Shown: piece after piece, positions 47,871 through 58,012 of the stretch
How positions within the stretch are numbered: position 1 is the first letter of the stretch
Layout of the letters: every line of letters starts with the position of its first letter
Source of the DNA: an uncultured Candidatus Saccharibacteria bacterium
Lineage (GTDB): Bacteria > Patescibacteriota > Minisyncoccia > Phycocordibacterales > UBA9973
DNA length: 64,000 nt
Reading direction: 5' to 3'
Assembly: GCA_964496425.1 (NCBI GenBank)
Contig: CAZBZO010000002.1
Coordinates: 130,450 to 194,449 of the forward strand
The notes under the pieces: model-generated
What the model was told of the DNA's origin: nothing
Seen by the model: the letters and a program-made list of their open reading frames with translations, nothing else
Database searches by the model: none
Made by a program: the position numbers and the translations under genes

Positions 47871-48836
47871 TCAAGCCGAACTAAGTTCGGCTCCAGAATT
47901 TTCGGTCGTGTCAGTTATTGCTTGAACCTCTATCGGTTCAATATTTTTCCCTATTTCTTCTTTGTCTGTATTTTCTTTATCCCTTAATGGCTCAAGTTCT
48001 TTAGGACTCTTTAAACTACAGATCCCAAAAACAACAGCTAAAGCAAGTATTACAGCTACTACTGCTATTACTAACCAATCATCGGATTTTAAATCCGATC
48101 CAATGAGGGAGTAATCGAAATTTTTTCCTCCTCCACCTTTGGCAAAAGTTTGACTTCCTAACATCAGAAATAAAATTGTTGATGCCGAAATAAGAACTAA
48201 TTTTTTTTGAGATGAAATAGCGAACCCATTTCCATTTCGTAAGTTTTCTAACTTTTCGTCTGTTTCTTCTTCTTGTTGTGCTGCTAAAATTTCTTTTTGG
48301 TTTCTTAAATCGTTTCTCCAACCCCAACTTATGAGATCAGTGCAGGCAATTAGTAGAATAAGAACAAGCGTAATAATTTCCTTCCCTGAAAGTTCATTCT
48401 TCACAGGTATTGAAAGCATTCCACTAGCCTTACTCCCAATCATCGGACTTTCCATAGCGAGTCCGACACCGTAATCATCTAATGAAGTACTTTGAGAATT
48501 TACTGAATCAGTTTTATTATTATCCTTTGCCCACAGCGCCCAGATAAAAATATTTACTGATTTGTCACCGGTTTTTACAACGCGATTCACAGTGACTTCG
48601 CTTGTGGAAATCAATAAATGTTGTTCGGGATCAATATCTTTTGGATCATTAACGCCGCAGTTCCTGAATTGTAGTTTTCCCTCGGGCGAATTAATAATCC
48701 TCAAAGCCTGTGCTTCATACTGCGCACGTATTTTCGGAGTGATTTTAATTTCCTCCGTTTGCGTAGCAGCAGAAACAGTAAAAGAGAAGAAAGAAAAAAT
48801 TAATGAAAAAAGAGTAATCAGGAGTGAATTTTTCAT
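47871..48836 (-). CDS. Hypothetical secreted/membrane protein
   Basis: Signal peptide, an extracellular domain, then about three TMs and a glycine run. 321 aa. Confidence 0.45.
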   Translation of the reverse strand: MKNSLLITLFSLIFSFFSFTVSAATQTEEIKITPKIRAQYEAQALRIINSPEGKLQFRNCGVNDPKDIDPEQHLLISTSEVTVNRVVKTGDKSVNIFIWALWAKDNNKTDSVNSQSTSLDDYGVGLAMESPMIGSKASGMLSIPVKNELSGKEIITLVLILLIACTDLISWGWRNDLRNQKEILAAQQEEETDEKLENLRNGNGFAISSQKKLVLISASTILFLMLGSQTFAKGGGGKNFDYSLIGSDLKSDDWLVIAVVAVILALAVVFGICSLKSPKELEPLRDKENTDKEEIGKNIEPIEVQAITDTTENSGAELSSA

Positions 48837-48957
48837 AACCTTTTGGTTTTTAATGAAATTATTACAGGTATACTACTACATTATAGGATTTTGTCAAGCC
48901 CTTACTTCTCAAGGGCGAAAAGCCTCAAAGGTCTTCGAGGTATATAAAAAATAGAAT

Positions 48958-50085
48958 CTAGGCGACAATTCCCCCACCGAGGCAGGCAGTATTGTCGTAA
49001 ATGACGATTGATTGGCCTGGGGCAACTAGTATAGGGGTTTTAAATACGAGCGTCGCTGTAGAGTTTTTTAAATCTTCTATCTCTACAGAAATATACTCTC
49101 CATGGTATCGGATTTGCGCTTTATATTTTTTGCCGATTAAAGGCTCCGTACTGATCCAATTACACTCTTTGAGACCGACAGCTTTCACTCCTTTGCCAAC
49201 ACTGGTCGCTGTATTCACTTCCACTTTATGCGAAACCGTAACAGTATTTTTTTTCACATCTTTCGCTATGACGTAGTATGGACTATCAGAAGCTGACTTC
49301 TTCGTAATCATAAATCCATGGCGTTCACCAAGAGTAAGAAATACAGCTCCATCATGACTCCCAATGACATCGTTATTTTCATTGAGCACCACACCTAGTG
49401 TGGACGCAATATAATGTTTCAAAAAATCTTTCATATCAAGTGGTCCGAGGAAACACACACCTTGGCTATCTTTCTTTGTCGCGGTAGGTAAATTGAATTT
49501 TTCTGCAAGTTTGCGTACTTGTGATTTTTTCAAATGCCCGATCGGGAAAAGCGTACGAGCAAGTTTTTCTTGCGTGAGTGTCCAGAGAAAATAGCTCTGA
49601 TCTTTTTTAGCGTCTTTTGAAATATTAAGTGTAAAGAGTGGGGTATTTTTTTGTATCGAATGTTTTGCGCTATGCGTTGTGCGTTGCGGGATTTTTTGCG
49701 CATAATGTCCTGTCGCGACAAAGTCTGCTCCTTTTTTCATTGCAAAATCGTAAAATACTCCAAACTTCACTTCCCTGTTGCACATCACATCGGGATTCGG
49801 CGTACGGCCCTCGCGGTATTCACTGATCATATAGTCTGCGACATTTTTTTTATAGGCTTCTAGAGCATCGCATTCAAGAAACGGTATACCGAGCGCAGCA
49901 CACACCCGCATAGCATCACGCCGTTCATCTCGCCACGTACAGTCGATAAAGTCTGGGGTCCAGGTACGGATAAATACACCGACAACTTCATAGCCTGCTG
50001 TTTGAAGCAATGCTGCTGAAACTGAGCTGTCTACCCCACCTGAGACGCCGACAAATACGACTGCTTTTTTACCTTTTATTTTCAT
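48958..50085 (-). CDS. mnmA: tRNA-specific 2-thiouridylase MnmA
   Basis: PP-loop VGVSGGVDSSVSA and the catalytic cysteines. 375 aa. Confidence 0.9.
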   Translation of the reverse strand: MKIKGKKAVVFVGVSGGVDSSVSAALLQTAGYEVVGVFIRTWTPDFIDCTWRDERRDAMRVCAALGIPFLECDALEAYKKNVADYMISEYREGRTPNPDVMCNREVKFGVFYDFAMKKGADFVATGHYAQKIPQRTTHSAKHSIQKNTPLFTLNISKDAKKDQSYFLWTLTQEKLARTLFPIGHLKKSQVRKLAEKFNLPTATKKDSQGVCFLGPLDMKDFLKHYIASTLGVVLNENNDVIGSHDGAVFLTLGERHGFMITKKSASDSPYYVIAKDVKKNTVTVSHKVEVNTATSVGKGVKAVGLKECNWISTEPLIGKKYKAQIRYHGEYISVEIEDLKNSTATLVFKTPILVAPGQSIVIYDNTACLGGGIVA

Positions 50086-50124
50086 GAGCTCCTACTATAG
50101 CTATAAAACGAGCATACGCAAAGC

Positions 50125-50676
50125 CTACATGCTCATGAGCTTCTTGTAGAGCTCGAAGGTCGCACGCGAATCCGAGAGCGCAGTATGAGCGTTTTTATTT
50201 TCTATACCAAACTCCTGACAGAGCGCGGCGAGCGAAAAGCGATTGATATCTTCGTTGCCATGAAGCTTAGCAAATGCCATAGAGATTGTATCGAGTTTGT
50301 GGTAATGGAGAAGATTGGGCACCTGAGTATCACGAAAAGCTTTTTCAAGAAATAAAAAGTCGAATGCGACATTGTGTCCTACCATCACGGCCCCTTCTGT
50401 TTTCTTGGAAAATATCTGCATGGCTTCAGCGAGCGTATAGGCAAAGACCCACTGCGAGGGATCATAGTGATTGACTCGGAGCGCCACCGGGTCTGCATCT
50501 GCGATCCGCTCAGGCTTGATCTTGAGTTCAAATTCTTCGAGTACTTCGTATTCACTTTGACCCTCCTCGCTCTTATCCTGCGAGACAAGTACGACGCCAA
50601 TCTCGATGATTTCATGCATAAGAAAATCAAGCCCTGTCGTTTCAGTATCGATAAATGCAAGATTTTGTTTCTTCAT
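50125..50676 (-). CDS. DEDD-family 3'-5' exonuclease (DnaQ/epsilon-like)
   Basis: Exo I FIDTETTG, Exo II VGHNVAFDFLFL and an Exo III H...D region. 183 aa. Confidence 0.8.
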   Translation of the reverse strand: MKKQNLAFIDTETTGLDFLMHEIIEIGVVLVSQDKSEEGQSEYEVLEEFELKIKPERIADADPVALRVNHYDPSQWVFAYTLAEAMQIFSKKTEGAVMVGHNVAFDFLFLEKAFRDTQVPNLLHYHKLDTISMAFAKLHGNEDINRFSLAALCQEFGIENKNAHTALSDSRATFELYKKLMSM

Positions 50677-50677
50677 A

Positions 50678-51652
50678 TTATATCTTCGCGCGCAAAAGTT
50701 TTACCAAAGTGTCGCCAAACTCCTTGATGGAAGCGTCGTCATAGAGCGATATCGTAAAGACATGTGGAGAGAGTTTTTGGAATTTTTTAACCGCAGCGGT
50801 GATTTCTTTTTCTGTCACCAAATCACGCTTGGTAAGAATAATAATCTCTTCTTTTTCAAGAAGTGCTTTATCGTACGTATCGAGTTCTTTACGTACTGTT
50901 TTATAGGTCTTCATCATATCCTCGTTTTCAAACGAGACGAGGTGCGCAAGCATCCGAGTGCGCTTAATATGTCGAAGAAATTTGGTACCGAGTCCCTTGC
51001 CGCCGGACGCTCCCTCAATCAGCCCCGGAATATCTGCCAAGACAAAACCGTAGAAATCACCAAGGTTGGGGTCAAGAGTAGTAAACGGATAGGCGCCGAC
51101 ACGTGCTTCGGCTCGAGTAAGCATGTTCAAAAGACTTGATTTGCCGGCGTTTGGAAGTCCGATCAATCCGACATCCGCGAAAAGTTCGAGTTCTACGAAA
51201 AAGTCTGCTTCTTGTCCTGGCTTACCGAGAGTAAACTCTTTTGGCGATGTATTGGTCGAGCCTTTAAAATGTTCGTTGCCATGGCCACCCGTCCCCCCTT
51301 CCAAAAGTTTTATTTTTTGACCAACTTTATCGAGCGAATACTTTTCTGAAGTTGTGAGATTGTGGATGATTGAGCCGACAGGAAGTTTGATAGTCAAATC
51401 ATCACCATTGGCTCCATGGAGACTCATCGAACCTCCATCTTCCCCTTTTTCTGCCTCGAATGTGTGTTGGTGGCGATACTTGGCAAGGATATGAAGATCA
51501 TGAACTGCTTCTACAAAGAGATCGCCACCGCGACCAGCGTCACCGCCAGCAGGACCACCTTTGGGGATAAATTTCTCTTGGCGCCATCGAACAACCCCGG
51601 ATCCTCCGTCGCCTGCTTTTCCGTGAAATTTTATTTCGTCTATGAATGCCAT
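50678..51652 (-). CDS. obg: GTPase Obg
   Basis: Glycine-rich Obg fold (GGDGGxGG repeats) and G domain GLPNAGKSSLL...DIPGLIEGA. 324 aa. Confidence 0.9.
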   Translation of the reverse strand: MAFIDEIKFHGKAGDGGSGVVRWRQEKFIPKGGPAGGDAGRGGDLFVEAVHDLHILAKYRHQHTFEAEKGEDGGSMSLHGANGDDLTIKLPVGSIIHNLTTSEKYSLDKVGQKIKLLEGGTGGHGNEHFKGSTNTSPKEFTLGKPGQEADFFVELELFADVGLIGLPNAGKSSLLNMLTRAEARVGAYPFTTLDPNLGDFYGFVLADIPGLIEGASGGKGLGTKFLRHIKRTRMLAHLVSFENEDMMKTYKTVRKELDTYDKALLEKEEIIILTKRDLVTEKEITAAVKKFQKLSPHVFTISLYDDASIKEFGDTLVKLLRAKI

Positions 51653-51691
51653 ATGGGTAGTAAGTAGTTAGTAATAATTAGTAAGTAGAAT

Positions 51692-52027
51692 TTAGTTGTG
51701 CATTTTAGGTCTTTCAAGATCAAGCGGATTGCCTTTATAAAGTACTTTGATATTATAAGGTTTCTTTAGATCTTGAGTATTCCCGTCTTTTGAAATTTCT
51801 ACATTAAAATATTGTTTATCTCCAGGGAATAACGTTAGGATCTTTTTCTCAATGCCATTTTTAAACATAACAGCATAGTCTTGATTGAGGCCGTTGAGCG
51901 ACCCGCGATAGTCTGTTAAGCCTTCAATAATTTTTTCTTCCGAAAGCTCCACGTGGGATTCTAAATCGTGGCTAATATTTGGAAGTTTGGGTATTTTGGG
52001 GCCGAAATCTGTTGATCCTAGTTTCAT
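51692..52027 (-). CDS. Hypothetical protein
   Basis: 111-aa ORF, 2 nt downstream of the MYG1-family gene. Confidence 0.4.
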   Translation of the reverse strand: MKLGSTDFGPKIPKLPNISHDLESHVELSEEKIIEGLTDYRGSLNGLNQDYAVMFKNGIEKKILTLFPGDKQYFNVEISKDGNTQDLKKPYNIKVLYKGNPLDLERPKMHN

Positions 52028-52028
52028 A

Positions 52029-52943
52029 TTATTCTAAAAGTGCTTTCTCTGCTAATGCGACCGCGCCTTCTTTGCTATTGCTGACCACAAGGAAACGCCC
52101 ATTGTGACAAAAAACAGCATCTGGAACTCCAGTAACTTGTGCCAACGCCTCATCACGAAGTCCGGCCCAGGCTTTTGGAAAATCTTTGCGCAATTTGAAA
52201 CTTCCCTCATTGTCGTGGAGCATTGTCGCATGCCATTTTTCTCTCGTAATATGCGGGAACACAGCAATCAAAACATCAGGGTATGAAACAAGTGCCATCT
52301 GCAGTGGCACGCGACCATATGGTTTATCGAAGATGAGCATGCGCTTGTCAGATGCCTGCACATATGTTTCTTTTACCGCATCTTCTACTTCCATATTACT
52401 TTTTGCTGCAACGATAGCCCGTTTGAGAATCACTTTTGCCATACCGACCACAACAAGAAAATGCTCGTCATTCTTTTCTTCGACTTCATTCCAGTTGGCA
52501 TTGAAAATGCCGACGATAGTATGCATCGTAAGCGGCCAGATGTCCTTTCGGGTCGGCGTGAAAATATCTACGCCGTTATCAAACGCGTCGATCGGCTCCA
52601 CAATATGCTTCTCAAGTCGCACTGCGACGTCTTCGCTGCCTGACAATTCTTTACCATACTTTTTCCAGACGAGCCCAAACGCGGCATAGGGTATCCCATC
52701 TTCTCGAACCCCTCCACCACCTTCTTGATGGTGATCAAAACGGTTGGCTTCAGGGTCATACACGCCACCCACATCAAAGACAAAGTCTGCCCCTGCGATC
52801 ATTTCCTGATCCCGCGTACGGACGATTTCTACACTTCTGCCATCTCGCTCGAGCAAAAGCCCGAGCGTTGCAGCGGCAAACACATCGTCAGCATGGAAAC
52901 CGCCGTTGTGAGTCGCTAATTTTATTTTATTTATATCATTCAT
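52029..52943 (-). CDS. MYG1/UPF0160-family metal-dependent hydrolase
   Basis: N-terminal ATHNGGFHADDVFA and DHHQ motifs typical of MYG1. 304 aa. Confidence 0.7.
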   Translation of the reverse strand: MNDINKIKLATHNGGFHADDVFAAATLGLLLERDGRSVEIVRTRDQEMIAGADFVFDVGGVYDPEANRFDHHQEGGGGVREDGIPYAAFGLVWKKYGKELSGSEDVAVRLEKHIVEPIDAFDNGVDIFTPTRKDIWPLTMHTIVGIFNANWNEVEEKNDEHFLVVVGMAKVILKRAIVAAKSNMEVEDAVKETYVQASDKRMLIFDKPYGRVPLQMALVSYPDVLIAVFPHITREKWHATMLHDNEGSFKLRKDFPKAWAGLRDEALAQVTGVPDAVFCHNGRFLVVSNSKEGAVALAEKALLE

Positions 52944-52991
52944 GTTTTATATCTTTTTTCCCCGAGCTGTCGCTAGGCAGGTGCCCTCTAC

Positions 52992-53600
52992 TTACAGTAT
53001 ATCCTCTTCTCCGTATTGTTCAATGAATTGAAAAACGAAACTACAGAGACGTTCGAGTATAAAAAAACACACAGTAAAAGCAAGGACAATCAGGGTATAC
53101 TTCCGGAAATCCCGGCTGATGTTGAATGCCGCATAGCTGAAAAAATAACCGATTGAAAATAAGACTGGTACCCACACTGCAGAAGACAGTACTTCGGCTT
53201 TCATGTAAGTAGCAATATTAATACGCATGTAGCCTGAAAATATTAATGTGAGGTGATTGATACCGTAGACAAATTTGGAAATAAATATTGACCAAAATGG
53301 ACGCTCGATAAACTTTGGTAGAAAAAAGAGCACTTGACGCTTAAGATAGTTGAAAAATTTACTGCTTGGCCGTTTACGAAAAATAATAAACCCACCGTAA
53401 TACCACAAGAGTGCCTTCACGATGGCTCCAGCTCCACCCGCGACCAATGCCCATGGGCCAGAAAGAATGTGAAGGTTGGTAAATATACCTGCAAGTATCA
53501 AAGTAAATTCACCTTCCAAAATGACTCCAAAGAAAATGAGCCCATACGAAATCACCGCATGCTCAGCAGCGAGTTGTTGGAGCATAGCGATCATGTGCAT
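52992..53600 (-). CDS. DedA-family membrane protein
   Basis: GLIFFGVILEGEFTLILAG pattern (DedA/SNARE-associated). 202 aa. Confidence 0.65.
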   Translation of the reverse strand: MHMIAMLQQLAAEHAVISYGLIFFGVILEGEFTLILAGIFTNLHILSGPWALVAGGAGAIVKALLWYYGGFIIFRKRPSSKFFNYLKRQVLFFLPKFIERPFWSIFISKFVYGINHLTLIFSGYMRINIATYMKAEVLSSAVWVPVLFSIGYFFSYAAFNISRDFRKYTLIVLAFTVCFFILERLCSFVFQFIEQYGEEDIL

Positions 53601-53606
53601 AGTCGT

Positions 53607-53942
53607 TTAACCGAGCACTTTCTCTCCAATCCAGTTGAGTACTGAAACAATAAGCGCACCGAGAAATGCTGCCATAAAGTTTTCTACGCTAAATCCTGAG
53701 ATTAGTGCTGCAACAAACCAAAAGAAAAGAGCATTGATAACGAGTGAAAAAAGTCCGAGCGTAAGAATCGTCAGCGGTAAGGTCAGAATTTTCACAATCG
53801 GCTTGATGATGGTGTTGATAAACGCTAGCACCGCCGCCACAATCACCGCCGTAAGGACCGACTCCACGTGAATGCCAGGCACGACGTATTGTGATGCAAA
53901 CACCGCAACTGCCAATATAAGCCAATGGATAAGGATTTTCAT
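53607..53942 (-). CDS. Small membrane protein, DUF360/holin 4-2-like
   Basis: 111 aa, four TMs. The N-terminus WLILAVAVFASQYVVPGIHVES resembles the YvlD/DUF360 family. Confidence 0.5.
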   Translation of the reverse strand: MKILIHWLILAVAVFASQYVVPGIHVESVLTAVIVAAVLAFINTIIKPIVKILTLPLTILTLGLFSLVINALFFWFVAALISGFSVENFMAAFLGALIVSVLNWIGEKVLG

Positions 53943-54364
53943 AATTGACTCTGATTCAAAATAAAATATTCTAATGCGAGATTTTTATCTTCACGATATA
54001 TACCTTTTTCTTCATCCTCTTCGAGGAAATATGAGAGTTTTTGTTTTTCAAAATTATGATGCGCTTCTGCAATAAATCCATGCACTTTTTTTTCAATTTC
54101 ACTTAGTTTGCTTTTCATCTCATTCAACAAATCAGCTTTGCTCGTCGTTTCAATTATTGTTCGAAATTTTTGGTTAATTTTTTCTATTTGTTCAATAAAT
54201 TCCTTTGGACTATTTTCCTGGTTTTTATCAACTTGCCCATATATGTCGATTTCTTGGTCTTTAGTAAAAGGTACGTTGAGTTCCGCAAGAAACCCCTCTA
54301 ATGATTCAGGAGGATTTTCATCAGAATCTCCAAGCTCAAAATTTTGTGGGTCTTTTTCTTGCAT
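53939..54364 (-). CDS. Hypothetical acidic coiled-coil protein
   Basis: 141 aa, E/K/Q-rich. Confidence 0.4.
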   Translation of the reverse strand: MQEKDPQNFELGDSDENPPESLEGFLAELNVPFTKDQEIDIYGQVDKNQENSPKEFIEQIEKINQKFRTIIETTSKADLLNEMKSKLSEIEKKVHGFIAEAHHNFEKQKLSYFLEEDEEKGIYREDKNLALEYFILNQSQL

Positions 54365-54368
54365 AAAA

Positions 54369-54824
54369 TTACTTTATCAAAGCATCGATACTTTCTTTTA
54401 CAAGAGTTCCATCCGCCTTTCCTTTTAATTCTTTCATGATCGCTCCGACAAACATGCCTTTTTTCGAAGCTTCAATCGGGCCTGAAGAAGCAATTTTTTC
54501 TTTTACAAATATTTCAACTTCTTCTCGTGTCATTTGTGTTGGCAAATACGTCTCAATGATCGCAAGCTGGGCACTTTCTTCGGCTACAAGATCTTCCCTG
54601 CCGCCTTTTTGAAATTGGTCGATCGAATCTTTGCGCTGTTTGGAAAGCCGAGTTATGACTGCGAGTGCTTCTTCGTCAGTGAGCTCTTCTTGAGGTTTGC
54701 GGCCTTTGGCCACCAAATCATTAGTAAACGCTGAAAGCATGCCACGGAGCACATCGAGACGCACTGCATCTTTGGCGCGCATAGCATCTTTGACCTGATC
54801 TTTGATCGTCGTTTGCAAGCTCAT
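54369..54824 (-). CDS. yqeY: GatB/YqeY domain protein
   Basis: LKDQVKDAMRAKDAVRLDVLRGMLSAF...LAIIETYLP are YqeY family hallmarks. 151 aa. Confidence 0.8.
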   Translation of the reverse strand: MSLQTTIKDQVKDAMRAKDAVRLDVLRGMLSAFTNDLVAKGRKPQEELTDEEALAVITRLSKQRKDSIDQFQKGGREDLVAEESAQLAIIETYLPTQMTREEVEIFVKEKIASSGPIEASKKGMFVGAIMKELKGKADGTLVKESIDALIK

Positions 54825-54848
54825 ACGCGTATAATAGCATGAATAGCT

Positions 54849-55703
54849 ATGGCTGTCTTCCTGTTATATACTTTTACTATGTCCCAATATTACAATGCCA
54901 AACGGACTCGCAACCTCTTTGATCCTCATGGAAAAGAGACATTCCGTTTGTCTCGTTCAAAGATTGACCTCTTCACCCAATGCCCCCGCTGTTTCTATCT
55001 CGACATCCGCCTTGGCGTCGGCCGACCCGCTTCTTTTCCTCTTACCTTAAACAACGCTGTCGACGCGCTTATGAAAAAAGAGTTTGATATTCATCGGGCA
55101 GAGGCTACAAGTCATCCGATTATGCAAACATACAAAATTGACGCGGTGCCGTTTGCCGACCCACGTATGGAAGAATGGCGTGATGCGCTCCGTCGCGGCA
55201 TTAGCTTTCACCACAAGCCGACCAATCTGACGATACGAGGTGGAGTGGACGATGTCTGGGTGAAGCCTTCCGGCGAGCTGATCATCGTCGACTACAAAGC
55301 TACGTCAAGTGAAAAAGAAATCACGCTCGACGATGAATGGAAAATACAATACAAGCGGCAGATGGAAATCTACCAATGGCTCTTCCGGCAAAATGGTTTC
55401 AAGGTGTCAGACACCGGCTATTTTGTGTATGTAAATGGCAAGACGGACAAGAAGGCATTCGACGGAAAACTCGAGTTTGACGTAACCATCGTGCCATATA
55501 CGGGCAAGACTGACTGGATCGAACAAACGATCCTTGATGTGCATACTTGCCTCATGTCGGACTCACTCCCCCGTGCCAATCCGGAGTGTGATTATTGTTC
55601 CTATAGAAAGTCGGCGGGTGAGGTGTTAGGTAAGATGAAAAAAGAAACAAAACCAAAAACGAAAGATAGCGGCAGTGTGAAAACGCTATTTGATAATAAA
55701 TAA
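54849..55703 (+). CDS. PD-(D/E)xK nuclease with a Cas4-like cysteine cluster (standalone)
   Basis: N-terminal CPRC, the IVDYKAT (DxK) catalytic motif and a C-terminal C...CDYC, which is the Cas4/DUF83 4Fe-4S layout. No cas genes are nearby. The likely start is MSQYY. Confidence 0.6.
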   Translation: MAVFLLYTFTMSQYYNAKRTRNLFDPHGKETFRLSRSKIDLFTQCPRCFYLDIRLGVGRPASFPLTLNNAVDALMKKEFDIHRAEATSHPIMQTYKIDAVPFADPRMEEWRDALRRGISFHHKPTNLTIRGGVDDVWVKPSGELIIVDYKATSSEKEITLDDEWKIQYKRQMEIYQWLFRQNGFKVSDTGYFVYVNGKTDKKAFDGKLEFDVTIVPYTGKTDWIEQTILDVHTCLMSDSLPRANPECDYCSYRKSAGEVLGKMKKETKPKTKDSGSVKTLFDNK

Positions 55704-55705
55704 AA

Positions 55706-55743
55706 AGAAGCGCTCATGTGATCGATAGATCGGGCGCTTCTTA
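55706..55743. terminator. Bidirectional terminator hairpin
   Basis: aaGAAGCGCtcatgtgatcgatagatcggGCGCTTCtt. Confidence 0.55.
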
Positions 55744-55764
55744 TTGTTTGAGGTTTCGTTTGGG

Positions 55765-56202
55765 TTAATTTCCGTTAGTAGAATGATATTCGTAGTCATC
55801 GCCTAAGCTTTCGACAGCTACTGAGAGGTATTTTTCCCCATCAGACTTCAGCCAAAGTTTAAAATTGGACTCCAACCGGCTTTCAATATGAACATAATCA
55901 TTATCACCTTTCGCCTTACCGGCAGTAATGTTCAAAAGGATGAAATCAAATTTCCCTTTTAGGGTACTGAAATCTCCTTTCTCCACCAAAGTGCAGTCAC
56001 GGATTAGTTCATTTAGAAGTATGTTAATTTCTCTTAGTTCCTCAGTAGAAATTTTATTGTTCTTTTCACGCTCCAATAATTCCTCTACAAGGGGCGTTAG
56101 TCTGGGTAAATAAATTTTTAACTTTTTCATAGCTATGTAGTTTAAGTGATGAATTTTAAGAATTATACCACGCAGTAAATATTTTGTCGAGCAGAACTTC
56201 AT
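55765..56202 (-). CDS. Hypothetical protein
   Basis: ORF with a likely start at MKKLKIYLP (about 120 aa). Confidence 0.35.
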   Translation of the reverse strand: MKFCSTKYLLRGIILKIHHLNYIAMKKLKIYLPRLTPLVEELLEREKNNKISTEELREINILLNELIRDCTLVEKGDFSTLKGKFDFILLNITAGKAKGDNDYVHIESRLESNFKLWLKSDGEKYLSVAVESLGDDYEYHSTNGN

Positions 56203-56228
56203 TGAAAATATTATGCTAAAATACTCAT

Positions 56229-57281
56229 ATGCAAACTGCTCTCATTATCATTGTCGGCATCGTCTTTGGCCTCGCTGTGGGTTGGTTTTTTATGCGAAGG
56301 AAACCTGACGACGAAAAACCGAAAGACGACGGTGCATTACAGCTCCTCTTGGCCCAAATCAACGAACTCTCCCGGACAGTAGACACCAAACTCGGTGAGT
56401 CGCAAAAACAGGTCAACGACACTATCCGCTACCAGTCCGGCGAATCACAAAAAATCATCCGCGATATTACCGAACGCCTGACCCGACTCGATGAGACCAA
56501 CAAGCAAGTCATTTCATTCGCCGACCAACTTCAGAGTCTCCAAGACATACTGAAAAATCCGAAGCAACGCGGCGTGCTCGGCGAATACTACCTCGAAACA
56601 CTACTCAAAAATGTTTTGCCCACGGGCTCATACCAAATGCAGTATCCGTTTATAGATAACATCATTGTGGACGCGGTGGTATTTGTCAAAGACAAAATCA
56701 TTCCGATCGACTCGAAGTTTTCACTTGAAAATTACAACCGCCTGATCGAGGAGAAAAATCCTTCCGACCGTGATCGTCTCGAGAAAGTTTTTGTCAACGA
56801 TTTGAAAAATCGTATTGTTGAAACATCTAAGTATATATTGCCAGCCGAAGGCACCATGGACTTTGCCTTTATGTTTATCCCCCACGAAGCTATCTATTAT
56901 GATCTTTTGACCAATAAAGTTGGCGCTACGTCTGATGATAATGAAAACCTCATCCAGCGGGCCGCCGGCAAATACAAAGTAATCATTGTCTCCCCGACTT
57001 CATTCCTCGCGTATCTCCAGACCGTGCTCCAAGGACTGAAAGCCATGCAGATCGAAGAGAGTGCCAAAGAAATCATCAAAAAAGTCGGCGAGCTCGACAA
57101 ACACCTACGGGTCTACGGCGAATATCATACAAAGCTCGGCAATACGCTCGGCACGGCTGTAAGCCATTTTATGTCTTCTCAACGTGAGTATAAAAAAATA
57201 GACAAAGATATTTTGAAAATCACCGGCGCCTCAAGCGGTATCACCGAGCTCGTGCTTGAAAAACCAGCGGAGGAGGAATAA
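56229..57281 (+). CDS. rmuC: DNA recombination protein RmuC
   Basis: N-terminal TM, a long coiled coil, then the C-terminal nuclease-like domain (YPFIDNIIVDAVVF...SKFSLENY). 350 aa. Confidence 0.8.
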   Translation: MQTALIIIVGIVFGLAVGWFFMRRKPDDEKPKDDGALQLLLAQINELSRTVDTKLGESQKQVNDTIRYQSGESQKIIRDITERLTRLDETNKQVISFADQLQSLQDILKNPKQRGVLGEYYLETLLKNVLPTGSYQMQYPFIDNIIVDAVVFVKDKIIPIDSKFSLENYNRLIEEKNPSDRDRLEKVFVNDLKNRIVETSKYILPAEGTMDFAFMFIPHEAIYYDLLTNKVGATSDDNENLIQRAAGKYKVIIVSPTSFLAYLQTVLQGLKAMQIEESAKEIIKKVGELDKHLRVYGEYHTKLGNTLGTAVSHFMSSQREYKKIDKDILKITGASSGITELVLEKPAEEE

Positions 57282-57285
57282 GGAA

Positions 57286-57313
57286 GCGGCTGTCTTTAAA
57301 AAGAAACAGCCGC
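57286..57313. terminator. Terminator hairpin
   Basis: GCGGCTGTctttaaaaagaaACAGCCGC followed by tggtttatt. Confidence 0.55.
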
Positions 57314-57548
57314 TGGTTTATTATTTGTTACTTTTCCTCAATACGCGAGTAATAGTCCTCGTAATTGTAATGTTCGTCATCATGAAAATCATTAATAAAA
57401 TTTTCATCTACATTTTCGCTATTATTTTTTGACTTTTTGTTCTTTTTTTTTGTTTTCCCACTATTATCCCTTGGATTATTAGGTGGGTTATTCAGTTCAC
57501 TTTCCATTGCTGTCGATTTAGTAAGATTAAAAAAATATTTTTTTTAAT

Positions 57549-57884
57549 TTATCTTTTACTTTCCTTATTATTAACTATGGCAATGAAAGGCCTGTCAGGA
57601 AGATCATAGTGTAATTCCTCGGGAAAATATTTAAGGTTAGCAGATATTTTTTCTTTCATTTGCACTATATATTGCTTTCCAGTAAGCCAAATAACATCTT
57701 GTGGGCACTTATTAATTTTCTCAAGAAGAATTTCACAATTTCTTGTAAAAATTTCTTTTTGTGAAAAATTAATTTTCCTTGAACCAATTTCTAACGCAAC
57801 TAGAATTTCCTTTAATCGTTTTGGCTTCTTTTGCCAGCAGGCAGAAAGCAGATCAAAGAATAAAACAATATCGATCGTTTTCAT
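57549..57884 (-). CDS. Hypothetical protein
   Basis: 111-aa ORF between two terminators. Confidence 0.4.
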   Translation of the reverse strand: MKTIDIVLFFDLLSACWQKKPKRLKEILVALEIGSRKINFSQKEIFTRNCEILLEKINKCPQDVIWLTGKQYIVQMKEKISANLKYFPEELHYDLPDRPFIAIVNNKESKR

Positions 57885-57966
57885 GGTGAAAAGTTTATGA
57901 GGTGAAGTTAAATTTTGAATGTTTTTTACAAAATAACTCTATTTTTGTTTTTAGTCAACACAAAAT

Positions 57967-57994
57967 AAAGACCACCCTTTAGAAGTGGTCTTTT
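57967..57994. terminator. Terminator hairpin
   Basis: aaaGACCACcctttagaaGTGGTCtttt. Confidence 0.65.
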
Positions 57995-58012
57995 AATATA
58001 GTTTTGGATTGT

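Noticed and set aside
57339-57512. 59-aa K/N/D/E-rich minus-strand ORF (MESELNNPPNNPRDNSGKTKKKNKKSKNNSENVDENF...) as a confident gene
   Set aside because: The low-complexity composition comes from A/T homopolymer runs and there is no motif support. It is only noted inside the tRNA-adjacent region finding.
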